Source of the DNA: Octopus sinensis
Lineage: Eukaryota
Direction of reading: 5' to 3'
NCBI RefSeq assembly: GCF_006345805.1
Contig: NW_021835818.1
Location: forward strand, 1-38,175
DNA: 38,175 bases
This document shows, piece by piece, positions 1 through 10,980 of the stretch; position 1 is the stretch's first letter, and each line of letters begins with the position of its first letter. Both the position numbers and the translations under genes were made by a program. The notes below the pieces were generated by a model. It was not told the DNA's origin, ran no database searches, and saw nothing but the letters and a program-made list of their open reading frames with translations.

Positions 1-47
1 AATGTATATTTATATATATATGTGCATATGCCCTATATATATATAGT

Positions 48-108
<61 letters not shown>

Positions 109-222
109 CATACACATATATATGCGCGTCTGTGTTTATATATATGTATATACATGTATAAATGTATGTATATGTGTATGTGTGTTTTATGTGCGTGTGT
201 GCATGTGTATGTGCGTAGTGTG

Positions 223-259
<37 letters not shown>

Positions 260-292
260 TATGTATATGCTCCCCACCGTATATATGTAAAA
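1..292. repeat. (TA)n/(TG)n compound microsatellite
   Basis: Visible dinucleotide runs; the overlapping YI/CV-rich ORFs are repeat translations. Confidence 0.95.
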
Positions 293-714
293 GCCGGTGC
301 AGAGAATAGTGAGAAAGAGGGAGTGAGAGAAAAAAGAAGCGTGTTACATAGAGAAGTAAGAAAGAAAAGAGGAAAGCACGGAGAGAGAAAATGATAGAGA
401 TAACTAAAAAAAAAAAAGAAACGTGTTAAATGATTGTGAGGACATTCATTTTCAATTTAGTTAATCTCTGTTTCTGTCGGTGATAAGAATGTGTCGTCAA
501 GATGGCCACCAGATCTCCATCTTAAACTGCAACAGTCTTATATAGTAATTCATATAAAGTTATTGTCATTGTTTTCTATTGATTACTCATATATCACGCA
601 GATGATGACTTTGGCGCCCACAAACACCACGAGGCTTCATTGCCACCATCACGACAACGATGTATGTATGTATAGTATTTATGTAGTATGTACGTATGTA
701 TATATATATAATAT

Positions 715-752
<38 letters not shown>

Positions 753-753
<1 letters not shown>

Positions 754-1070
754 TGATAGAATGCTAAGACAACAAAAGAATGAAAGAGACCTCGATATTA
801 TGTAAATAGAGAAATTTATCTGTAAATATAATGTGACAATTATTCGGTTGCCATAATAAGACTCCGAGTTTCGGATGTCGGGGCGGAAACCTGCTCCGGC
901 ATCTCTTCAGTTATCGAGGCAGTCAAAATATGCTATGAAAATGACCGTTAAACAAAGGGAAATTACTATGTATTTGACCGTTATTAAGAAAAAAGAGCTA
1001 TTAGAATGACTGTTAAATAAGGCTAAATATTTGTTACCTTTTTGGTCCCCACAAGATCACAGATAGAACC
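753..1070 (-). mobile_element. Hammerhead-bearing repeat fragment, probably the terminal-repeat region of a Penelope-like element, ending in a (TA)n tract
   Basis: Contains the hammerhead at 850-921, three short TGACYGTTA repeats (930-1015) and abuts (TA)n at about 690-752. PLE assignment is inferred from the ribozyme type; boundaries are approximate. Confidence 0.45.
850..921 (-). ncRNA. Type I hammerhead ribozyme
   Basis: Minus strand reads UGCCUCGAUAA-CUGAAGA-GAUGCCGG..CCGACAUC-C-GAAA-CUCGGAG-UC-UUAUUAUGGCA: CUGANGA and GAAA core, GUC cleavage triplet, stems I, II and III all pairable by eye. Confidence 0.75.
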
Positions 1071-1239
1071 TGCTTTTTATGTTGTGTCCACGTACAAGCA
1101 TTTTATCTCTCTATACTTTTATATTTATTTTTCCTATATTTTTAAATATTTTTTTACATATTTATAGATATATTTTTATATTTGTATTGCTTTATATATT
1201 TTTACGCATTTTTTTCTTTATTTTACCATTCACCCTGCA

Positions 1240-1628
1240 TTTTTCTTGTGCATATGCGTATATAGACGTGTATATGAACTTTTTTTCCGCGTGTGTCAGT
1301 GTGTGCGCGTATGTGCGGGTATGTATATATATGTACATGTATATGTACATATGTATGGTTGCATATATATGTGGGTGTACATGCGAGTGTTCCACGCGAG
1401 TGTGAGTGAGCATATGCATACATAGTATGTATGTATTTTAGACCTGTATTTGAATATAACTGTGCGCGTATGGGTATGTGCACTCGTGTGTGCGTGTGCG
1501 CGCGTTTGTGCGGATATACATATATGTACATCGTGTGTGTGTGTGCGTGTACCCGAATATCTGTATATGTACATGTATATGTACATGTGTATGGTTGCAT
1601 ATATATGTGGGTATACATGTGAGTTCCC
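1240..1628. repeat. Compound TG/TA microsatellite with an internal duplication of about 60 bp
   Basis: Visible repeats; 1329-1392 nearly equals 1565-1628. Confidence 0.85.
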
Positions 1629-1629
1629 T

Positions 1630-2100
1630 TTCTACCAATATTCACAGAACACCTCAGTACAACAAAGAATGACTAAAGAGGCAACTTTCATCAATAAATT
1701 CCACACACAACTTAACATGAACACATAACAAAATACAGAACACTACTAACCTTACTAATAATACCACTAACTCCCATACACTATTCTTATTACACTATCG
1801 TATCAACCCTAACTGCACCACATGCAGAACTACTTATCTCCCTTACATATAATCTTTTTACTCAGGGACTAGTAGACCCAACACTGTTTGATAATCGGTG
1901 CACATTCAAAGCCAGTGAACAGTAACTGACGAAACCGGTATGACTTTGAATCCCTTTAACAATTCAGAACAATGACTTTTATACCTCTTAATTCTACTTC
2001 AGTTCATCTAATTGTATATATCTATCGCTACTTTTCATAAAAAAGCATTTATTTTTTTGATGTCCAATGTGCATTTTCGCTTTTTTCCTCTTACTCTCCC
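1630..2100 (+). mobile_element. Possible 3' remnant of a Penelope-like element (GIY-YIG C-terminal motif plus degenerate hammerhead)
   Basis: Frame reads ..QQRMTKEATFINKFHTQLN, resembling the R-x2-KE-x2-FI-x-K-x4-LN end of GIY-YIG nucleases; followed by GAAACCGGTA (1931-1940), a T-rich tail and (TA)n. Confidence 0.4.
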
Positions 2101-2148
<48 letters not shown>

Positions 2149-2295
2149 ATATATGCATATATGTGTACAGGACGTCACCAACTGTGTAAACAGCATGAAA
2201 TGTGTAGACGAACGAGTTAAATACGTAAATAACGAGAGAAAAAGATGGAAAATAGGAAAGTAAACACAGAGAAACGATCCTTCGTCAGTTGTCGC

Positions 2296-2640
2296 CTTTA
2301 GTCGAATAAATCGACCCCAGAACTTATTCTTTGTAAACCTAGTGCTTATTCTATCGTTTCCTTTTTGCCGAACCGCTATATTACGGGAGCGTAATCATAC
2401 CAACATCGGTTGTTAAGTGATGGTAGGGAACAAGCACACAGACACACACACAACACCCCACCACACAACGCACACCACACCACACACACATACTACGAGT
2501 ATCTTTTAGCTTCCGTCTACCAAATCCACTCACAAGGCTTTGGTCAACCCGAGGCTGTAGTTGGAGACACTTGCCGAAGGTGCCACGCAGCGGCACTGAA
2601 CCCGGAAGAAAACCTCATACCATACAGCCACACCTGCACC
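2296..2640 (-). mobile_element. tRNA-derived SINE, family B, with internal (CA)n
   Basis: Reverse complement matches the full-length copy at 35639-36050 (GTGGATTTGGTAGACGGAA, GCGGTTCGGCAAAA, CTGGGGTCGATTT). Confidence 0.85.
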
Positions 2641-2648
2641 TATGTATG

Positions 2649-2679
<31 letters not shown>

Positions 2680-2780
2680 TGTATGTATGTATGTATGTAT
2701 GTATGCAATGTATGTATGTATGTATGTTATTTATGTATGTATGTAAATTATGCATGTAGGTATGTAATATATGTATGCAT
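2641..2780. repeat. (TATG)n microsatellite
   Basis: Visible tetranucleotide run. Confidence 0.95.
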
Positions 2781-3067
2781 TGGTACTCGTGTACGTACAC
2801 TTGTACCGGAACTCCCAGTTATACGTTTTACATATATACATATAGTGTGTGTGTGTGTGTGTTGTGCTTTGGTGCTGTGTGCGATGCGTTGTATTATTGC
2901 GCACCCACACACCACCATACCATAATCTGACATCATCTCTTCTCTTATTCCGACACTTTCTACTCTTTTCGTCATCTTCCCGAATCATCTTTGACTAAAA
3001 TCTTCTGTAAACATTTTGTGCAAACGGGCCTCCTGGTAATGAACTGAAATTTACGCTTTCTCTTATG

Positions 3068-3451
3068 TTTACCCTTTCCTTGCCTGTTCTTGGCCTCCAT
3101 TCATCCTGATCTTGTCTCTCTTTCCTTCTCTTCTTCTTCTCACCTTCTTTTCTTTTCTTCTTTCTTGTCTTTCTTTTCTTTTCTCTTTCGTCCTGTTGTC
3201 TTTTCTCTTCTTTCTTTCTTTCTTATCTTTTTTTATCTCCTTCTTCTTCCTTTCTCTTTCTTCTTCTTTTTCTTTCTTTTTAATTTGTTGCTTTTTTTCT
3301 TCTTTCTTTCTCTTCTTTCTATTCTTCTTCTCTTCTTTCTTTCTCCCTCCTCTCTCACCTCGTTTCATCTCACTCTTCTGGCCTGTCTGTCTGTCTGTCT
3401 GTCTATCTGTCTGCCTGTATATATTAGAATATATATATAATATATATATAT

Positions 3452-3483
<32 letters not shown>
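3068..3483. repeat. Polypyrimidine low-complexity tract (CTT/CTTT) plus (TCTG), (TA) and (GA) runs
   Basis: Visible; accounts for the F/L/S-rich and K/R/E-rich ORFs. Confidence 0.9.
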
Positions 3484-3486
<3 letters not shown>

Positions 3487-3889
3487 TATAATCAAGGATG
3501 TGGATATATCTACATGTCTACGGATGTCTGTGCGCTTCAGGACCTACATCGTGTGTGCATGTGTGTGCATTGGACTGTGCATACCTGTTACTCGGTGAAA
3601 ATTTCCAACCTATTGTATATCGAATTTTCGAGTGGGCTTTCTGGAAAAAAAAAAAGAAAAACAAAAGGAAAAAAAAAAAAAGAAAAAAACAGACACAATT
3701 TAATAAATATATAAACAAATAAACAAACAAAGAAATAAATAAGTAAATTTTGTTAATATTTTGTTATAATTCCTCGTTGAGATCATGTCTTGAAATTAGC
3801 ATGATATTATCGTTTACCATTCTTGTGAAAGTGGACATTTGTTGAACATTGCCAATGCGGAGATGATAACGGCGACCATAAAAGGATTA

Positions 3890-4091
3890 TATGCGTGTGT
3901 GCATGTATGTGTGTGTGTGTGTGTGTGTGCATGTGTGCGTCTGCATGTATGTATTTATATGTATGTATTCATATGCAAATATCTATGTGGGTCTATGTAT
4001 GTATAAATATGTGAGCGTATATATACGCATATACATTTACACATGTATAAATATAATAAATATATATATATGTGTGCATGTATATATATAT

Positions 4092-4149
<58 letters not shown>

Positions 4150-4465
4150 TATATATATATAATATATATTAATATATGTAATATATATATATGTGTGTGC
4201 ATGTATATATATATATAATATATATATATATACATGCACATATATATATATGTAAGGATGTATGCATGTCTGTATATATGTGTGCATGCATATGTATTCG
4301 AGTATTTCTTTCTGTCTACTTCTTCAGCCTCTATCTTGCGCATGCGCGTACTAGCACACACCAATGTAATATATGCGTGTATGTGTCTAAATGTGAAAAT
4401 CTATGGTTAGCTATGTGTTGTATTGTGTGTTGTGTGACAAAAGAAAAATATGTAAAATACTACGC

Positions 4466-4500
<35 letters not shown>

Positions 4501-4980
4501 TATATATATAGCACGTATATACTTGCATATATTGAGTTAGAATTACAAAAGCAATATGTTATAATTGCGACGCACGATATGTTATCCAGAATTCAACACG
4601 TAAAAACATATATACACACACACCCAGGTAAGAGCACATATATTAATATATATTATATATTTGCATATGCGTATGTATATAAAATTTACATATATATGTA
4701 TCAAGTTATTTGCATATGTATACTTACACACACACAGAAACACGCATGTGCGTATATGTGTACGTATTTATGCATGCATTTAGATGTTTGTGTATGTACA
4801 TGTACGCGTATGTATATATACATACATACATGCATACATGCATATACATGCATATATATATATATATATATACACATACATATGTATGTGCGCGTATAGA
4901 TACATATAGCAATTTATAAACAGGCGTATGTGTAAATATGTACGCATACCTACACATAGATACACATGTATATATATATA

Positions 4981-5019
<39 letters not shown>

Positions 5020-5543
5020 TATATATATATATATATTATATACGCATATATATGCATACATATATGCACTAACGTGCACAATTATGTATTCGTAATTTAA
5101 TTGTAATTAGGGACTTCAATCGCTGTTTGAAGTTCTAATTACTACAATCATGGATTTAACATTATAATTTTATGTAGAAACAATAGCGTTACACGTTACG
5201 CATGTGTGTATGTATACATACATACATGCATATATATTGATACATACATATTATATATATACATATGTATATATATAAATATATATATATATATATACAA
5301 ACAAATAAATATATAGATATAGATATATATATACATATATACGTATATATATATATATATACGTATATATATATAAATATATAGATGTATAAGCTTTGTT
5401 GTAATTTAAATGTACTGTTGTATTACAGAACTACGTATATAAACTCGCACATTCTGTTGACACATACTTTCATACATTGCCCATATTATATATACATATA
5501 CATACATATATATTTGTATGTGTGTATAAATAAATAAATAAAT

Positions 5544-5574
<31 letters not shown>

Positions 5575-5640
5575 TTGTATATATATATACATATATGTAG
5601 ATATGCAAACACTCACACACATAACATACATGCTTACATA
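3890..5640. repeat. Field of compound TA/TG/TACA microsatellites with short unique islands
   Basis: Visible repeats. Confidence 0.9.
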
Positions 5641-5919
5641 GTATGACAGACAAGATTAGTCGAACAGGAAAACAAAAGAATATGCAAAACTCCAACAGAA
5701 ACTATAAAATGAAATGAGAAACAGCCCGAGCATCACCCCCCTCCCCCCTCTCGGCGTCCCTTCCCCACCTCTGCCCTTCCTCACGCTCTCCCTCCTTCCC
5801 TCCGTCCATTCAATAACATTACAAGAGATATAGTCTTTTACATTTAAAATGATCACAAATCACATTCAGACATTTTCTGAAAGAAAAGAACGAAGATATA
5901 TACACGATATAAAATTCGA

Positions 5920-6435
<516 letters not shown>

Positions 6436-6756
6436 TCTGCTATCAGCCTTCTGTTTTGTACATGATATGTAAGAATACTCTTTGATATGACGTAATACGG
6501 AAAAATCTAGTTAAGAATCTTCAAACAGACAATACAAAGCCGTACAGGGCGATAAACCGACAGATGCCTGCAAGTAAATATCTATTTTCATTCCCGAATT
6601 TCTGTCATGTTTTTAATTTCAAATATTTTTTTTCACAGAATTGGTGTCTGCGAAAGTATTAAGCAAGCTCCAATCTGTCTGCCTCTCTGATTATCTCTTT
6701 GTGTGTCTGTCTTGTTGTTTGTCTGTTTGTAGCCCTGTGTGGCTAATAAAGAAACA

Positions 6757-7013
<257 letters not shown>

Positions 7014-7290
7014 GTTTGCCTGCCTTCCTGTCTGTCTGTGTATCTACGCATTTTCTGTATGTCTGCCTGCCTGCACGTCTTTTGTATTGTACTGAATGAA
7101 TGTTTCCCAACTCTTATAATTACTTCACCCAACATCCTCCTCAATTATCTACTACATCTGTTTCATCATCGACAATGCCTTCATAATCACTTCGTAGTTT
7201 TTAATCAGAATACACGTCTATACAAATAATTTTCTGGGTCTGTACAGTGATACCCAACAGGTATTGTTTCATCAATATTTATCTAGTCAG

Positions 7291-7560
7291 GAAGGCACGT
7301 GACTTAGTGATTAAGGTATTCGGCGCACGATCGTTAGGTCGTGTGTTCGATTTCTTGTGACGGGTTGTGTCCTTGAGCAAGACACTTTATTTCACGTTGC
7401 TCCAGTCCATTTAGCTAGCAAAAATGAATTGTTTCTTTTATTTAAAGGGCCAGCCTTGTCACATTCTATGCTATGCTGAATCTCCCTATGAACTACATTA
7501 TGGGTAACCGTGTCTGCGGAGTGGTCAGCCACTTTCACGTTAATTTCACGAACAGTCTGT
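7291..7560 (+). mobile_element. tRNA-derived SINE, family C
   Basis: A-box-like GACTTAGTGATT and B-box-like GTTCGATTTC, then GTGTCCTTGAGCAAGACACTTTATTTCACGTTGCTCCAGT shared with 34281-34390 and 35270-35585. 3' end uncertain. Confidence 0.7.
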
Positions 7561-7632
7561 TATTTTGGTCTGAACAACTGGAACAATCATCGTCGAAAAC
7601 GACAGAGTACCAGTATTCATGTACTGAAGCAA

Positions 7633-8124
7633 TTGGGTTGTCCGGAAAGTTCGTGCCGATTTTTAAAGGAAACAAAGAGGTCAATAAATACTTGCCATTA
7701 CATTTTTAATCGACCAAATATGAACCATTTTGTTGAACAATGCGTCTCCGTCTTTCTTTTAACTTTAAAATACCATCTTCCCAGAATTGAGGTGGTTTCA
7801 TGGCAAAGAATTCATCAAGGTAGGTTTTTTACGTCATCCAAGGAATTGAAATATTTACCATTAAGACTATTCTGCAGAGACCTGAATAAGTGTAATTCCG
7901 AAGGAGCAATATCTGGGGAATATGGAGGGTGGGGTAACACATCCCAAAGGGTTACAGAATTAACACAGGTTATAGAAACATAAACCTTCTTTCGAGAAAA
8001 GATAACTTAAAGTGTGCTTTAAATGGAGGTGTAGTCAAATCCTATTTTATGGACTCAACTATGCTCTAAAATAAGTCGAAATGTAAGCTACTATAAATCG
8101 GCACGAACATTCCGGACAACCCAA
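7633..8124 (-). mobile_element. Internally deleted (non-autonomous) mariner element, 492 bp, copy 1
   Basis: TIRs TTGGGTTGTCCGGAAAGTTCGTGCCGATTT / AAATCGGCACGAACATTCCGGACAACCCAA, TA after the right TIR, transposase C-terminus inside. Confidence 0.92.
7706..7946 (-). pseudogene. Mariner transposase C-terminal remnant
   Basis: WDVLPHPPYSPDIAPSELHLFRSLQNSLNGKYFNSLDDV, +1 frameshift, then KTYLDEFFAMKPPQFWEDGILKLKERRRRIVQQNGSYLVD*; mariner YSPDLAP-type motif. Confidence 0.9.
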
Positions 8125-8369
8125 TACTTTCTGTAGCCTTGGCACCAGATCCCCTAATAAACAGATTTAACGTAATGAAGCAATTCACTCACAACTTCTT
8201 AATCCTTTCATATTTGAAATCCTGTCGAAAATTTTCGTCACGTGATTTTTCAACACCCAAATGCAGACGACAACTTGTGTCATAGTGTTGATCGTTTTAC
8301 TTTATCCCAGTTATTTACAACAAGCCAGACCACATAATTTGTGTTGTAATTTTTAATAAGTGTTTTTAT

Positions 8370-8729
8370 AATGTTGGTTTCAAATTTTGGCACAAGACTA
8401 GCAATTTCAGGAGGAGGGAATAAGTCGATTATTTTCTCAACCCCAAAAGGATGAAAGTCAAAGTCGACCTCGGCAGAACTCACACTGTACAGACGGACGA
8501 GACGCCGCTAAGCATTTTGCTCGGCGCAGTAAGGAATCTGCTAACTCGCTGCCTTAAATTTCTTTGTAATGGTGGCTTCAAATTTTGGCACAAGGCCCGC
8601 AAGTTCGGATAAGTCGATTACATCGACTCCATTGCTCTACGGCAGAATTTGATATTAGAACGTAAAACAGACGAAATACTGCGAAGCATTTTGCCCGGCG
8701 TACTGATGATTCTGCCAGCCCACTACCTT
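8370..8729 (-). mobile_element. Two tandem degenerate family A SINEs
   Basis: Reverse complements of AAGGC(G/A)GCGAG..GCAGA heads and the GACTTT..CATCCTTT core; the second copy is internally deleted. Confidence 0.8.
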
Positions 8730-9156
8730 AAATGCCTTTATAATGTTGGCTACTATTTACCACATGTATCATAGAATGTTTTACTCTTTGGCGTTGGAGC
8801 TGAATAAATGACGTATAATCTGGAGATAAATATGCTTTAGAAACATTGTGGTTGAACAGAAATTTACCCCTGAGGATCGCCAAACTCTTATCTAGAACAA
8901 GAATGATTTTTCCCATTTTCCAGTTGGCTTACAGATGAGGTATGTCCTCTAATTTTGGACACAAAATACTTTCCAAATCAAATCCCTATAGCGTGTACCA
9001 TATATAATACAGACAATAGGTGAGAGCTAGATATGTTCAGAATAGAAAACACTTTGTAGTGCTCAAATGAATTTTAAATTAAGCTCCGAATTCTTCCAGG
9101 ACGCGATCTGCGGCGACATGAGTGCCTATAAGAGGAATCCACACGAGCTGATACAG

Positions 9157-9157
<1 letters not shown>

Positions 9158-9193
<36 letters not shown>

Positions 9194-9344
9194 TATGTAT
9201 GTATGTATGTATGTATATATGTATACGTATGGACGAATGTATTTATACCGAAGACATTTACTTTTTACAAACTAACAAAGAATCAAAAGCCATCTGTGTG
9301 TATTCAAATATGTATGTATAAATATATGTATATGTGTGTGTGTA

Positions 9345-9405
<61 letters not shown>

Positions 9406-9420
9406 TTTGTGTGTGCGTGT
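9158..9420. repeat. (TG)n/(TATG)n microsatellites
   Basis: Visible repeats. Confidence 0.9.
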
Positions 9421-9864
9421 ATTGAAGACATTCAATTCCTACGAACTAACCAAAGAACAACCAAAACCATGTCATTTTCATTTAAGAAACAACAAAGCGA
9501 AAGCTCCACGGAAAATCCGAACATCTTGGTATTCTTCCTTTAATCAATCTTAACATGTATCGATGCCATTTCACAGATAAAACTACAAAGAAACAGGAAA
9601 TTTCTAGAGGAAGAAATTGTAGAATTTCAATTCAGGTTTCGGATTTGGCATTACTTTATCACCCATGAATTATGCATTGAAGTAGAAGAAAATGTGGTGA
9701 ATAAATACATAAATAGATAAATAAATAAATAAATGCCGCTGGCATTGGCCGAAGATAGCTTTCTATGTTTTAAAGATCAATTGAATTTATTCGATCGTCT
9801 ACATCACAAAATACTTGAATGGCAATAATAGATGTGGCGTAGTCATGTTGTTATCATAATTAAA

Positions 9865-10691
9865 GACGGGCAAAATACTAAGAGGCATTTCATCCATCTA
9901 TGCGTTCTGAGTTCAAATTCCACCGAGGTCGACGTTACATTTAATCCATTCTGGGACAATAAAATAAGCCCAAGTTAAATACTCGACTTCCTGGGGGGGG
10001 GGGACTGCTGGCCCACGTCCAATATTTGAAACTATCATTATTGTTATTGTTAAGGTGGCGAGATGGCAGAGTCGTTAAAACGCCGGACGAAATGCTTAGC
10101 GGCATTTCGTCTGTCTTCGTTTTGAGTTCAAATTCCGCCGAGGTCGACTTTGCCTTTCATCCTTTCGAGGTCGATAAATTAAATGCCAGTTGCATACTGG
10201 GGTCGATCTAATCGACTGCTTCCCCCAACCACAAAAAAAAAAAAATTTCAGGCCTCGTGCCTTGAGTAGAAAAGAGTCGTTAATACGCCGGACAAAATGC
10301 TTAGCGGCATTTCGTCCGTCTTTATGTTTTGAATTCAAATTCCGCCGAGGTCGACTTTACCTTTCATCCTTTCGGGGTCGAGAAATTAAGTACCGGTTGC
10401 GTACTGGGGTCGATGTAACTGACTAGTTCCCTCCCCCAAATTGTAGCCCATGTGCCTTTCGTAGAAAGCATTATTATTATTGCTCTCATTATTGTTATTA
10501 TTCAAGACAAACAAAATGATTAGCGTCATTTCGACTGTGTTTAATCTGAGTTCAAATGCCACCGAGGTCGACTTGACTTGCTTTTTATCGTTTTAGGGTC
10601 GATAAATTAAGATCCAGTTGCACACTGCAGTTGAAATATTTGACTAGAAACCTACTCCAAAATTTCAGACCTTGTGCCTATAGTAGAAAGG
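9865..10691 (+). mobile_element. Head-to-tail cluster of four family A tRNA-derived SINEs
   Basis: Repeated GAGTTCAAATTCCGCCGAGGTCGACTTTGCCTTTCATCCTTTCG(A/G)GGTCGATAAATTAA core at about 9910, 10125, 10332 and 10550; copies end GTGCCT..GTAGAAAG. The core resembles the Meta-type SINE central domain (from memory; needs an alignment). Confidence 0.88.
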
Positions 10692-10737
<46 letters not shown>

Positions 10738-10762
10738 TATTATTATTATTATTATTATTATT
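10692..10762. repeat. (TTA)n tract shared between SINE tail and LINE 3' end
   Basis: Visible trinucleotide run. Confidence 0.97.
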
Positions 10763-10980
10763 CTATGTTTGACTTTTGCTTTATATTTGTACAAGTTGGC
10801 TCCAAGTCTCACCCAGAGACCTCAAGAGACAACAGGTTGAAAGTTCATGTTGTTGTTATGCCTAGCGTGCCATATATTTGGGTGGGGGGGGGAAGTTTTT
10901 GGTGTTGTACTAATGAATGTCTAAAAAAAATTTTTTTTTTTTTTTTAAACCGAAAATTATGTTTGTTTTAAACCTTGAGA

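Noticed and set aside
602-661. Possible 60-nt exon (CAG acceptor, GTATGT donor)
   Set aside because: The donor is simply the start of a (GTAT) microsatellite, the acceptor is weak and the peptide is unrecognisable.
9865-10691. Regularly repeated motifs that could mimic a CRISPR or other array
   Set aside because: Units are about 200-bp SINE bodies with Pol III boxes, dispersed on both strands elsewhere in the window; no unique spacers or cas genes; eukaryotic context.
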